Positions 12,790 through 21,707 of a DNA stretch of 32,000 bases are shown here, in pieces. How positions within the stretch are numbered: position 1 is the stretch's first letter; each line of letters begins with the position of its first letter. A program made the position numbers and the translations under genes. The notes under the pieces were generated by a model. It was not told the origin of the DNA and did not search any database. It saw nothing but the letters and a program-made list of their open reading frames with translations. This stretch comes from Mycobacterium tuberculosis H37Rv. GTDB taxonomy: Bacteria > Actinomycetota > Actinomycetes > Mycobacteriales > Mycobacteriaceae. The stretch is taken from the NCBI RefSeq assembly GCF_000195955.2, contig NC_000962.3:4290001-4322000 (forward strand), in the 5' to 3' direction.

Positions 12790-13397
12790 GCTGCCTCCGC
12801 GTCCCCGACCGCAGCAGCAAGGGCACGCTTGGCCCCGTTCTGTGCAGCGCGTTCACCATAGAGCCGAGCACACATCGAGGTCAGGATCTCGGTCATATCG
12901 CCCACCAGGTCGTCATCAACCTCAGCCAAGTCGACCACCACCAATTCCCGGCCCTGGGCGACAAGAGCGGCCTCGACGTACTCAGAGCCAAACCAGCAGA
13001 ACCGATCCCGGTGCTCCACCACGATCCGCGTCACCACCGGATCACCCAGCAGCGCAAAAAACTTACGGCGATGTCCATTCAACGCCCAACCACCCTCGGC
13101 CACCACCTTGTCGACAGAGAGATGTTGCGATGTGGCCCACGCGGTCACCCGCGCGACCCGCCGATCCAGATCGGACCTCTGATCCGCTGACGATACCCGC
13201 GCGTACACCAACGTCCGCCCGCGCCCAGACTCCTCGACTGCCGGATCGTTCACCAGAATGAGCCGACCCACTCGCTGCGCCGGAACCGGCAACAGCCCGG
13301 CTCGAAACCAGCGATACGCGATCACCCACGCAACACCGTTGCGCTCCGCCCACACCGCCAAATTCATCCATCTGTTCCTACAGCACACCACCGACAA
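12786..13397 (-). CDS. tnpA: IS607-type serine recombinase/resolvase (TnpA)
   Basis: 203-aa ORF. N-terminal MerR-like HTH 'MNLAVWAERNGVAWVIAYRWFRAGLLPVP', catalytic Ser in 'YARVSSADQRSDLDR', and 'IVVEHRDRF'. The real start is more likely the ATG at 13367 (MNLAVW...) than the TTG at 13397, which directly abuts the upstream stop codon. Confidence 0.9.
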   Translation of the reverse strand: MSVVCCRNRWMNLAVWAERNGVAWVIAYRWFRAGLLPVPAQRVGRLILVNDPAVEESGRGRTLVYARVSSADQRSDLDRRVARVTAWATSQHLSVDKVVAEGGWALNGHRRKFFALLGDPVVTRIVVEHRDRFCWFGSEYVEAALVAQGRELVVVDLAEVDDDLVGDMTEILTSMCARLYGERAAQNGAKRALAAAVGDAEAA

Positions 13398-15023
13398 CTA
13401 CCGACCACTCAAAACGCAACAGTTGGCAGCCCTACGATCGGCCAGCGCCTGACGGGCGGCGTTATATCCAGGGATGAACGTGATTCCCGGCCCACCGTGA
13501 CAACCGGCACTGCCCAGGTACAACCCGGCTATCGGGATCGGCTGGCCGATAAAGCCTTTCGGGCCAGGCCTGTTGGGGCCGATCTGGTCCGAGTGCAGCA
13601 GGGCATGGCAGTAGTCCCCACCCGGGGCACCGAACATCACACCCATGTGTTTGGGGGTAAAGGTGGTGTACCGGAGAATGCTGCCTTTGAAGTTCGGTGC
13701 CAACCTAGTGATCTTGTCGATCACGTTCTGCCCCATTTCGACCTTTGCCCGGCCGTACCCTCCGTATTTTGAGCCACCCTCGATCGGGAACCACATTGCG
13801 AACGCCGACGCGGCCTGCTTACCCGCCGGGGCCAGGCTGGGATCATGCAGCGACGGGATCTGCAACACCACGGTCGGATCGGCCGGGACGATCCCACGCC
13901 GGCAATCCTCCCACTGCTGCTGAACCTGCTCCGGTGTACAGAAAATGCCCATCGATGCCTGCATGCTCGGATCGTTGAGTGCCTGGTAGGGCGCCGCGAA
14001 GGCCGGTGGCTGCGCGAGCGCAAAATGCATCTGCAGATAGCTGCCGCGGTGGTCGATGCGCAAATAGCGATCGCGGATTTCCGACGGCAACACTGCCGGA
14101 TCGATCAGCTCGTTGATGGTGACGTCGGGTGCTATGGCGGAGACCACGATCGGGGAGGTCAAGGTGTCCCCCGCCGCGGTGCGCACGCCCCGCACGCGGG
14201 CTGACGACCGACTATTGTCAACCACGATCTCGGTCACCTTGGAACGTAACCGGACCTCGCCGCCGGTGCGTTCCAGCAATTGCGACAGATGGGTGGTAAG
14301 CGCGCCGATGCCACCGCGCAATTTCTTCCACCGCACGAAGTCGCCCTCCGGGACACCCAATCCGAAGGCGAGCGCGGCAGCGCTGCCCGGTGTGGCCGGC
14401 CCGCGATAGAGCGTGTTCACGGCCAGCACGGTCATCGACCCGCGCAGGGCGCCGTGCTTCTCGCGGTCCGGGAAATGGCGGTCCAACACGTCGGTGACCG
14501 ATCCGAACAGCATGTCATCGATCGCTGACCGTTCGAATTCATTTGTGGCACAGGCATACATCTCGTCGAAGCTCTTGGGCAGAGTTCCGGCTTCGAAACG
14601 CCCCAGCGCCCGGGTCGGCGCCTGGCTCCACGCCAGCAGGCCCGCCATCCCGGTGACGGCGTCTGCCCCGTGCACCCGATGGAGGTGGGTAAGCATCTTC
14701 GTCGGGTCGGTGAATTGGACCACCGGATCGTCCCCGACACCGCGCAACGCTACCGACATCACCTCCAGATCGACCGTCGGCAAGCTGTCCAGGCCTAACT
14801 CGCTGCTGACCGCCGAGGAGGTCGGGAACTGCACCGATCCGGCGATCTCGAACCGGTACCCGTCGAACAGCTCCACCGTGGAGGCCATCCCGCCGGCGTA
14901 GCGCTTAGCGTCCAGACACGCGGTCCGCAGTCCGGCTCGCTGCAGCAGCACTGCCGCGGTCAGCCCGTTGTGCCCGGCGCCGATAACTATCGCGTCATAA
15001 CCAGTCATACGCGTCTCCAGCAA
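13398..15023 (-). CDS. FAD-dependent oxidoreductase, phytoene-desaturase/amine-oxidase-like (Rv3829c-like)
   Basis: 541-aa ORF. Rossmann dinucleotide motif 'YDAIVIGAGHNGLTAAVLLQRAGLRTACLD'. The alternative ATG at 15008 gives 536 aa. Confidence 0.88.
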   Translation of the reverse strand: MLETRMTGYDAIVIGAGHNGLTAAVLLQRAGLRTACLDAKRYAGGMASTVELFDGYRFEIAGSVQFPTSSAVSSELGLDSLPTVDLEVMSVALRGVGDDPVVQFTDPTKMLTHLHRVHGADAVTGMAGLLAWSQAPTRALGRFEAGTLPKSFDEMYACATNEFERSAIDDMLFGSVTDVLDRHFPDREKHGALRGSMTVLAVNTLYRGPATPGSAAALAFGLGVPEGDFVRWKKLRGGIGALTTHLSQLLERTGGEVRLRSKVTEIVVDNSRSSARVRGVRTAAGDTLTSPIVVSAIAPDVTINELIDPAVLPSEIRDRYLRIDHRGSYLQMHFALAQPPAFAAPYQALNDPSMQASMGIFCTPEQVQQQWEDCRRGIVPADPTVVLQIPSLHDPSLAPAGKQAASAFAMWFPIEGGSKYGGYGRAKVEMGQNVIDKITRLAPNFKGSILRYTTFTPKHMGVMFGAPGGDYCHALLHSDQIGPNRPGPKGFIGQPIPIAGLYLGSAGCHGGPGITFIPGYNAARQALADRRAANCCVLSGR

Positions 15024-15045
15024 TGCAGGCTCGCACGCGCTCGAT

Positions 15046-15067
15046 GTTTTGTCAATTATGACGAAAC
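15046..15067. promoter_or_regulatory. Candidate TetR operator 1: GTTTTGTCAATTATGACGAAAC
   Basis: Imperfect palindrome (8 of 11 arm pairs). 17/22 identical to the site at 15710-15731. Lies 23-38 nt upstream of the oxidoreductase start and overlaps the TetR stop codon. Confidence 0.55.
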
Positions 15068-15685
15068 TGTGAGGGTGGTCCAGGTGTCGGAGATGCCGAC
15101 GCGCAGCGACTCCAGTGCGACGTGGCAGACCCGCGCCAGCTCCCCGAGCGACCGGTCACTCCCAAGCATCCAGGCTTCCATCGCGCCGAACACCGCCGCG
15201 GCGACGCATCGTGCGGTGACGGCGATGTGCAATCGGGCATCGGGTGCACCCGCGATATCGCAGTTACGTCGCCGCAATTGGGCCTGGATGGCATCGGCGA
15301 AGTCGGCTTCCACCTCGCGCATATGGCGGACGATCCGGCTCGGCTCCAACTCGCCGCGCCGCAACGACGCAATCTTCGTCACTGCGTCAACGTCATAAGG
15401 AAACGAGAAGATAGCCGCTTGCACGGAATCGATGATCGATTCGTCGGCCGGTCTAGCATCCAGCGCCGCGCGAAACCAGTGCAGTCCGGCGTCGTAGTCG
15501 GCAAACAGCAAATCGTGCTTGGATCTGAAGTGGCGATAGAAAGTACGCAGCGACACCCCGGCGTCCTCCGCAATCTGCTCGGCTGAGGTAGCCTCGACGC
15601 CCTGGGCCAGAAATCGCACCAGGGCGGCCTGGCGCAGTGCCTCGCGAGTGCGTTCGCTGCGCGCCGTCTGCGGGGGCCGGACCAT
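15056..15685 (-). CDS. TetR-family transcriptional regulator (Rv3830c-like)
   Basis: 209-aa ORF. N-terminal HTH 'TSAEQIAEDAGVSLRTFYRHFRSKHDLL'. Confidence 0.92.
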   Translation of the reverse strand: MVRPPQTARSERTREALRQAALVRFLAQGVEATSAEQIAEDAGVSLRTFYRHFRSKHDLLFADYDAGLHWFRAALDARPADESIIDSVQAAIFSFPYDVDAVTKIASLRRGELEPSRIVRHMREVEADFADAIQAQLRRRNCDIAGAPDARLHIAVTARCVAAAVFGAMEAWMLGSDRSLGELARVCHVALESLRVGISDTWTTLTVSS

Positions 15686-15709
15686 GACTGCAAGCTATCG
15701 TCAATTTTC

Positions 15710-15731
15710 GTTCTGTCAACATTGACAAAAC
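15710..15731. promoter_or_regulatory. Candidate TetR operator 2: GTTCTGTCAACATTGACAAAAC
   Basis: Palindrome with 9 of 11 arm pairs (core TGTCAACATTGACA is perfect). Lies in the 71-bp divergent spacer between the TetR gene and the membrane-protein gene. Confidence 0.6.
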
Positions 15732-15756
15732 TGTTGGCCACGGCGAGACTGCGCGC

Positions 15757-16239
15757 ATGGTGTCGCTTCTTGTTCACGCTGCGCTGGGAGTAGTCGTCAT
15801 CGGCTGGATCGTCTCGTCGAACCCGAAGGTTTTCACCAGGCCGGCCGGCGGATCGTGGTTCTCGCTGCCGGAGTGTGTGTACTACGTCGTCGGTATTGCC
15901 TCGATCGCGCTGGGGTGGTACTTCAACATTCGTTTTGTGCAGCAGTACGCGCACGGAGCCGCCAACCCTCTCTGGGGTCCCGGCAGCTGGGCGGAGTACG
16001 TCCGGCTGATGTTCACCAACCCGGCGGCCAGTTCGGCCGGCCAGGACTACACCATTGCCAACGTGATCCTGCTGCCGCTGTTTTCCACCACCGACGGCTA
16101 CCGACGTGGTCTGCGGCGGCCCTGGCTGTATTTCGTGAGCAGCCTGTTCACCAGCTTTGCATTCGCGTTCGCGTTCTACTTCGCCACCATCGAACGTCAG
16201 CACCGACACGAACGTTCCCGTGCGACGGTCGGCGCCTAG
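15757..16239 (+). CDS. Small integral membrane protein, function unknown (Rv3831-like)
   Basis: 160-aa ORF with about 4 hydrophobic segments. Divergent from the TetR gene. Confidence 0.75.
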   Translation: MVSLLVHAALGVVVIGWIVSSNPKVFTRPAGGSWFSLPECVYYVVGIASIALGWYFNIRFVQQYAHGAANPLWGPGSWAEYVRLMFTNPAASSAGQDYTIANVILLPLFSTTDGYRRGLRRPWLYFVSSLFTSFAFAFAFYFATIERQHRHERSRATVGA

Positions 16240-16823
16240 GCGGCGACTGGCTTGGTGGCCCGCCACCTCAGGCGAGCGCCCGCGACATCGACGTGGATAT
16301 CAGTGAATCCCACAGCTCGCAGCCGACCGGGGAGGTCCGCCGGGGCGATCGGAGTGTAGGTGTCGGCGATGTGTATTAGGCGAAACGGCAGCGACGGCAC
16401 ACCGTCGCTGCCGGCAAAGACGCCACCTGGTTGCAGCACCCGGTACGCCTCAGCGAATAGCTGGTCCTGCAGTTGGGCGCTGGCAACATGGTGCAGCATC
16501 GTGAAACACACCACGGACGTGAAGTGATCATCGGGCAGCCCGGTCTGGGTGCCATCGCCGCGGATGATGCGCGCCCGCTGGCCGTAGCGGCGGTTCAGGC
16601 GCTCGACCATCGAGTTGTCGACTTCAACGGCGGTGAGCGAGGCGGTCAGGCCAAGGAGCGCTTGCAGTGTCGCCCCATAACCGGGGCCGATCTCCAGCGT
16701 CCGGGGGCCGAGTTCGACGTGCTGCAACGCCCAGGGCAGGAGCTGATTGGCCACCGCTTTTTCCCAGCCTGCCGAGCTGCAATGACGCCGATGTAGAAGA
16801 TTCATGGCCATGGCCCAGAACAC
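16236..16823 (-). CDS. Class I SAM-dependent methyltransferase (Rv3832c-like)
   Basis: 195-aa ORF. Motif I 'LEIGPGYGAT' and post-I/II region 'VCFTMLHH...LQPGGVF'. Confidence 0.85.
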   Translation of the reverse strand: MFWAMAMNLLHRRHCSSAGWEKAVANQLLPWALQHVELGPRTLEIGPGYGATLQALLGLTASLTAVEVDNSMVERLNRRYGQRARIIRGDGTQTGLPDDHFTSVVCFTMLHHVASAQLQDQLFAEAYRVLQPGGVFAGSDGVPSLPFRLIHIADTYTPIAPADLPGRLRAVGFTDIHVDVAGARLRWRATKPVAA

Positions 16824-16866
16824 TAGTTAGCCACCGGCCGGCAGTCTTCCGATATTCTGCCTTAAT

Positions 16867-17658
16867 ATGTCGGAAAACAGCCACCACAGGCTGGCCACAA
16901 CCTCGTTGACGCTCCCGCCGGGAGCGCGGATCGAACGCCACCGCCATCCGTCACACCAGATCGTCTATCCGTCCGCAGGGGCGGTCTCGGTCACCACTCA
17001 CGCGGGAACCTGGATTACGCCGGTAAATCGGGCAATCTGGATACCGGCGGGCTGTTGGCACCAACACAAGTTCCACGGCCACACGCAATTTCACGGCGTA
17101 GCGCTGGATCCGCAGCGCTATCGCGGCGGCCCGGCAACCCCGACGGTGCTCGCGGTCAATCCGTTGATGCGCGAACTCGTCATCGCGTGTTCGCAGGCCG
17201 ACCGAACCGACACCGACGAGCACCACCGGATGTTGGCCGTACTGCAGGATCAACTGCCAACAACGAGCATCCGCGAGCCACTGTGGGTTCCCTCACCAAC
17301 CGATCGCCGGTTGCGGCACGCGTGCGCGTTGATCGCCGACAACCTGACCCAGCCCTTGACGCTGCAGCAGATCGGCGGCCGGATCGGTGTCAGCCAGCGC
17401 ACGCTGAGCCGTCTGTTCAGCGACGAGCTGGGTATGACGTTCCCGCAATGGCGCACCCAGCTGCGCCTGCAACATGCGCTCGTGTTGCTCGCCGAGCGCC
17501 ACGACGTCACGTCCGTGGCGTCCGAATGCGGTTGGGCCACACCAAGCGCGTTCATTGACACCTACCGACAAGCCTTCGGACACACTCCCGGCCAAGCCGC
17601 TAAGCCAATGGCGGCGACCCGCCTCACCCGGCTCCGCCGCGCTCGCGATCGCCGCTAA
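16867..17658 (+). CDS. AraC/XylS-family regulator with N-terminal cupin domain (Rv3833-like)
   Basis: 263-aa ORF. Cupin-like '[14 protein letters not shown]'. C-terminal double HTH '[42 protein letters not shown]'. Confidence 0.9.
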
Positions 17659-18914
17659 GCGACCGGCTCCAGCACTTCGACACCCACGAACGGAACCAGT
17701 GCGTCCGGGACTCTAACGCTGCCGTCGGGCCGCTGGTGGTTCTCCAGGATCGCAACCAGCCACCGGGTGGTGGCCAGCGTTCCGTTGAGGGTGGCCGCGA
17801 TCTGCGGCTTGCCGCTGGCATCCCGGTAGCGGGTCGCCAACCGGCGCGCCTGAAAGGTGGTGCAGTTCGACGTCGACGTCAGCTCGCGATAGGCCCCCTG
17901 CGTCGGAATCCACGCCTCGCAGTCGAACTTGCGGGCGGCCGACGAGCCGAGATCACCCGCGGCCACGTCGATGACCCGATACGGCACCTCGATGCGTGCC
18001 AGCATCTGGCGCTGCCAGCCCAGCAGCCGCTCATGTTCGTGCTCCGCGTCGGCCGGTGTGCAGTAGACGAAGCCCTCGACTTTGTCGAACTGGTGCACCC
18101 GGATGATGCCGCGCGTGTCCTTGCCATGGCTGCCGGCCTCACGTCGGAAACACGACGACCAGCCCGCATACCGCAGCGGCCCGCGGGAAAGGTCCAGAAT
18201 CTCGCCGGAGTGATACCCCGCCAGCGGTACCTCGGAGGTGCCCACAAGGTAGAGGCCGTCGCCCTCTACCCGGTACACCTCCTCGGCGTGGGCGCCTAGA
18301 AATCCCGTGCCTACCATCACTTCCGGGCGCACCAGCACCGGCGGGATCGTAGGGACAAAGCCGTTGTCGACGGCTAGCTTCAGCGCCAGCTGCAGCAATC
18401 CAAGCTGCAGTAGGGCACCCCGACCGGTCAGGAAGTAGAACCGTGAACCCGACACCTTGGCGCCGCGCTGCATGTCGATCAGGCCCAGCGACTCGCCGAG
18501 CTCCAGGTGGTCCTTGGGGTTCTCGAGGTAGCTGGGCTCGCCGACGACGTCGAGCACCGCGTAGTCGTCCTCCCCGCCGGCGGGTACCCCGTCCACGATG
18601 ACATTCGAGATCGCCAGGTGCGCCGCGGTGAACGCCGCCTCCGCTTCGACCTCGTCGGCCTCAGCGGCTTTGACCTGCTCGGCGAGTTCCTTCGCGCGCC
18701 GCAGCAGCGGCGGGCGCTCTTCGGGAGACGCGCCACCCACGCTTTTGCTGGCGGCTTTCTGCTCGGCCCGTAACGAATCGGCGGTCGAGATCACGGCCCG
18801 GCGGGCGGCGTCGGCCGTCAGCAGGGCATCTACCAGCGCCGGGTCCTCGCCGCGGCTGAGTTGTGAGCGGCGTACCGCGTCGGGGTTTTCACGAAGCAGC
18901 TTCAGGTCGATCAC
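17655..18914 (-). CDS. serS: Seryl-tRNA synthetase
   Basis: 419-aa ORF. N-terminal coiled-coil arm '[17 protein letters not shown]' and class II core ('RVHQFDKVE', 'GTLATTR'). Confidence 0.96.
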
Positions 18915-19037
18915 GGCCGCAAGACTACTTTTGACGCCCAGTCAGGGTGGCGGCAGAGGACCATCCACCCGCGATGAAGCGATCCCGCAAGCTGACAACT
19001 GCAACATTGGTCATGCGGCCCCGCCGACCCTGTCAGA

Positions 19038-20396
19038 ATGGAGCGGATGTTGGACGCGCCCGAGCAGGACCCCGTCGATCCCGGCGACCCGGCCAGCCCC
19101 CCGCACGGGGAGGCGGAACAGCCGCTGCCCGGGCCTCGGTGGCCACGCGCCCTGCGCGCGTCGGCGACCCGGCGAGCGCTACTCCTCACCGCTTTGGGTG
19201 GCCTGCTGATTGCCGGGCTGGTCACCGCGATTCCCGCCGTCGGCCGCGCGCCGGAGCGGCTGGCCGGCTACATCGCCAGCAATCCGGTGCCCAGCACTGG
19301 CGCCAAGATCAACGCTTCGTTCAACCGCGTCGCCAGTGGTGACTGCTTGATGTGGCCGGACGGCACGCCGGAGTCTGCCGCCATCGTCAGCTGTGCCGAC
19401 GAGCACCGGTTCGAAGTCGCCGAGTCCATTGACATGCGGACATTCCCCGGCATGGAGTACGGGCAAAACGCTGCTCCCCCGTCGCCCGCCCGCATTCAGC
19501 AGATCAGCGAGGAGCAGTGCGAAGCTGCTGTGCGCCGCTACCTCGGCACGAAGTTCGATCCCAACAGCAAGTTCACCATCAGCATGCTGTGGCCCGGCGA
19601 CCGGGCGTGGCGGCAGGCCGGTGAGCGCCGCATGCTCTGTGGCTTGCAGTCGCCCGGTCCGAACAACCAGCAGCTCGCCTTCAAGGGCAAGGTCGCCGAC
19701 ATCGACCAGTCCAAGGTCTGGCCGGCCGGTACCTGCCTGGGCATCGATGCCACCACCAACCAGCCGATCGACGTGCCGGTGGACTGCGCGGCACCGCACG
19801 CGATGGAGGTATCCGGCACGGTCAACCTGGCCGAGAGGTTTCCCGACGCGCTGCCGAGCGAACCCGAGCAGGACGGGTTCATCAAGGACGCGTGCACCCG
19901 GATGACGGACGCCTACCTCGCACCCCTCAAGTTGCGTACCACCACCCTGACGCTGATCTACCCCACGCTGACGCTGCCCAGCTGGTCGGCGGGTAGCCGC
20001 GTGGTCGCATGCAGTATCGGCGCGACCCTGGGCAACGGGGGGTGGGCAACCCTGGTGAACAGCGCTAAGGGGGCGCTGCTGATCAACGGCCAGCCGCCGG
20101 TACCCCCACCCGACATTCCCGAGGAGCGGCTCAACCTGCCGCCGATTCCGCTTCAGCTGCCAACGCCTCGGCCCGCCCCCCCGGCTCAGCAGCTGCCAAG
20201 TACCCCACCAGGCACTCAGCACCTCCCTGCCCAACAGCCAGTGGTTACGCCCACCCGGCCACCCGAATCGCATGCGCCAGCGTCGGCAGCACCGGCCGAG
20301 ACCCAGCCACCGCCACCAGACGCCGGAGCGCCGCCGGCGACCCAATCACCAGAGGCCACACCGCCTGGCCCCGCCGAGCCCGCACCGGCAGGCTAG
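19038..20396 (+). CDS. Membrane-anchored protein with Cys-containing extracytoplasmic domain and Pro-rich C-terminal tail (Rv3835-like)
   Basis: 452-aa ORF (the in-frame ATG at 19047 gives 449 aa). One TM 'ALLLTALGGLLIAGLVTAIPAV'. Repeated Cys-bearing modules. The last ~100 aa are P/A/Q-rich. Confidence 0.85.
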   Translation: MERMLDAPEQDPVDPGDPASPPHGEAEQPLPGPRWPRALRASATRRALLLTALGGLLIAGLVTAIPAVGRAPERLAGYIASNPVPSTGAKINASFNRVASGDCLMWPDGTPESAAIVSCADEHRFEVAESIDMRTFPGMEYGQNAAPPSPARIQQISEEQCEAAVRRYLGTKFDPNSKFTISMLWPGDRAWRQAGERRMLCGLQSPGPNNQQLAFKGKVADIDQSKVWPAGTCLGIDATTNQPIDVPVDCAAPHAMEVSGTVNLAERFPDALPSEPEQDGFIKDACTRMTDAYLAPLKLRTTTLTLIYPTLTLPSWSAGSRVVACSIGATLGNGGWATLVNSAKGALLINGQPPVPPPDIPEERLNLPPIPLQLPTPRPAPPAQQLPSTPPGTQHLPAQQPVVTPTRPPESHAPASAAPAETQPPPPDAGAPPATQSPEATPPGPAEPAPAG

Positions 20397-20400
20397 CCGG

Positions 20401-20814
20401 GTGACAGTACGGATGGACCCGCAGCGGTTCGACGAACTGGTGTCCGACGCACTCGACCTCATTCCGCCCGAACTGGCGGACGCCATGGACAACGTCGTCG
20501 TGTTAGTCGCCAATCGCCACCCCCAGCACGAAAATCTGCTCGGCCAGTACGAAGGGGTCGCGTTAACCGAGCGCGGCTCCGACTACGCCGGATCGCTGCC
20601 TGATGCCATCACGATCTACCGCGAGGCGCTGCTGGACGCCTGCGACTCTGAGGATGAGGTCGTCGACCAGGTCGCCATCACGGTGATCCATGAGGTCGCC
20701 CATCACTTCGGCATCGACGACGAGCGCTTGGACCAACTGGGCTGGCGTGACGAACCAGCGCCCGGGCGCGGCAACCCGGATTTGTCGGCACCCGATGCTA
20801 TGAACGGCCCATGA
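20401..20814 (+). CDS. Minimal zincin-like metallopeptidase-family protein (Rv3836-like)
   Basis: GTG 20401 (137 aa) or ATG 20413. HExxH in 'VIHEVAHHFGIDDE'. The 5' part of the 180-aa ORF-track entry overlaps the upstream gene and is not used. Confidence 0.8.
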   Translation: MTVRMDPQRFDELVSDALDLIPPELADAMDNVVVLVANRHPQHENLLGQYEGVALTERGSDYAGSLPDAITIYREALLDACDSEDEVVDQVAITVIHEVAHHFGIDDERLDQLGWRDEPAPGRGNPDLSAPDAMNGP

Positions 20815-21032
20815 GCACGGACTGCCGCGACTGCCGGGCGGGCTTGGATCACTGCCACGGCACCGTCATTCGTCATCCCTTGGCACGGCCGGAATGCACC
20901 GAGCCGGACTGTGTCAGCCCCGAGCTGCAACCCCATATCTTCGTCCTAGACTGCAATGCCGTCAGCTGCGAATGCACTGAATCGGCCACGGCGCCCGGGT
21001 CCTTCAGATCAGCCCATCGGGTCGGTGCTTGA
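20811..21032 (+). CDS. Candidate small Cys/His-rich protein (73 aa); I do not recognise it as an annotated gene
   Basis: The ATG overlaps the zincin stop (ATGA at 20811-20814). 8 Cys and 5 His in 73 aa ('CRDCRAGLDHCHG', 'ECTEPDC', 'DCNAVSCEC'). About three-quarters of third positions are G/C by my count. The 3' end overlaps the convergent phosphatase gene by 24 nt. Confidence 0.35.
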   Translation: MSTDCRDCRAGLDHCHGTVIRHPLARPECTEPDCVSPELQPHIFVLDCNAVSCECTESATAPGSFRSAHRVGA

Positions 21033-21707
21033 CGTCACCGCGTGTGTGACCGGGCTGGCTGCGGCTTCAGCGGGGTCCGGACAAAACGGCGGCTTCCGGA
21101 GGCCCCACTGCACACAACTCCATCGCCCATCGGTTATCGGGGCCAGCACCACCGACTCGACGTTTTCCAAGTGGTTGTCCAACACAAAGTTGCCGTCCAC
21201 CCCGGCAAGCACCGCGGCGGCCAGCCGGATCGCCGCGCTGTGGCTCACGACGACGATGTCGCCGTCCCAGTCACCGTCGTCGAGGTAACGCATGCGCAGG
21301 TCGGCGAGCACCGGCAGATAACGATCCAGGACGTCGTTGGCGGTCTCGCCACCGGGCAGCGGCACATCCAACTCCCCGCGATGCCAGCGGCTGTAGGTGG
21401 CGTTGAACTCGGCGACCGCCTCGTCGTCGTTGCGGTTTTCCAGCTCCCCTACCTGTACCTCGTGAATGCCGGCAACCTCGTGGGCCACCATGTCGAGTTC
21501 GGCAGCGACCACCGCGGCCGTCTGGTAGGCCCGGATAGCCACCGAGTGTGCGAGCAGTGCCGGCCGGCGACAACCGCTGCGCGCGAACGCCCTGGCCTGA
21601 TCACGACCCAGCGGTGTCAGCGCCGTTCCCGGCGGCAGGGTATCCAACCTGCGCTCGACGTTGCCATAGGACTGGCCGTGCCGCAGCAGCACCAAACGAC
21701 CGCTCAT
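21009..21707 (-). CDS. Histidine phosphatase superfamily (phosphoglycerate-mutase-like) protein (Rv3837c-like)
   Basis: 232-aa ORF. Catalytic 'LVLLRHGQSYGN' (RHG). The start overlaps the pheA stop as ATGA on the minus strand, which implies translational coupling. Confidence 0.9.
   Translation of the reverse strand: MSGRLVLLRHGQSYGNVERRLDTLPPGTALTPLGRDQARAFARSGCRRPALLAHSVAIRAYQTAAVVAAELDMVAHEVAGIHEVQVGELENRNDDEAVAEFNATYSRWHRGELDVPLPGGETANDVLDRYLPVLADLRMRYLDDGDWDGDIVVVSHSAAIRLAAAVLAGVDGNFVLDNHLENVESVVLAPITDGRWSCVQWGLRKPPFCPDPAEAAASPVTHAVTSSTDPMG

Larger units (their letters stand above)
11563..13400 (-). mobile_element. IS607-family insertion sequence (IS1537-like): serine recombinase tnpA plus tnpB-like ORF. 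Boundaries are approximate.
   Basis: Two-gene IS607 architecture (MerR-HTH serine recombinase followed by an OrfB/TnpB-type ORF, overlapping as TGATG). The element fills the whole space between the fadD23 stop (11566) and the oxidoreductase stop (13398). Terminal repeats were not identified. Confidence 0.85.

Noticed and set aside
12674-13261. 195-aa Pro/Arg-rich plus-strand ORF
   Set aside because: It is antisense to the serine recombinase gene, whose catalytic and HTH motifs are intact.
15379-16266. 295-aa minus-strand ORF spanning the TetR 5' end, the operator spacer and the membrane-protein gene
   Set aside because: It crosses a divergent promoter region and overlaps two better-supported genes. 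It has no motifs.
19179-20345. 388-aa minus-strand ORF
   Set aside because: It is antisense to the membrane-protein gene, which has a clear TM segment and Cys-module architecture. The antisense product is Gly/Arg/Pro-rich without motifs.
20100-20396. Apparent repetitiveness at the 3' end of the Rv3835-like gene
   Set aside because: It reflects a Pro/Ala/Gln-rich low-complexity protein tail (PPP, PAP, QQLP motifs). It is not a defined tandem DNA repeat, and no unit of constant length was found.
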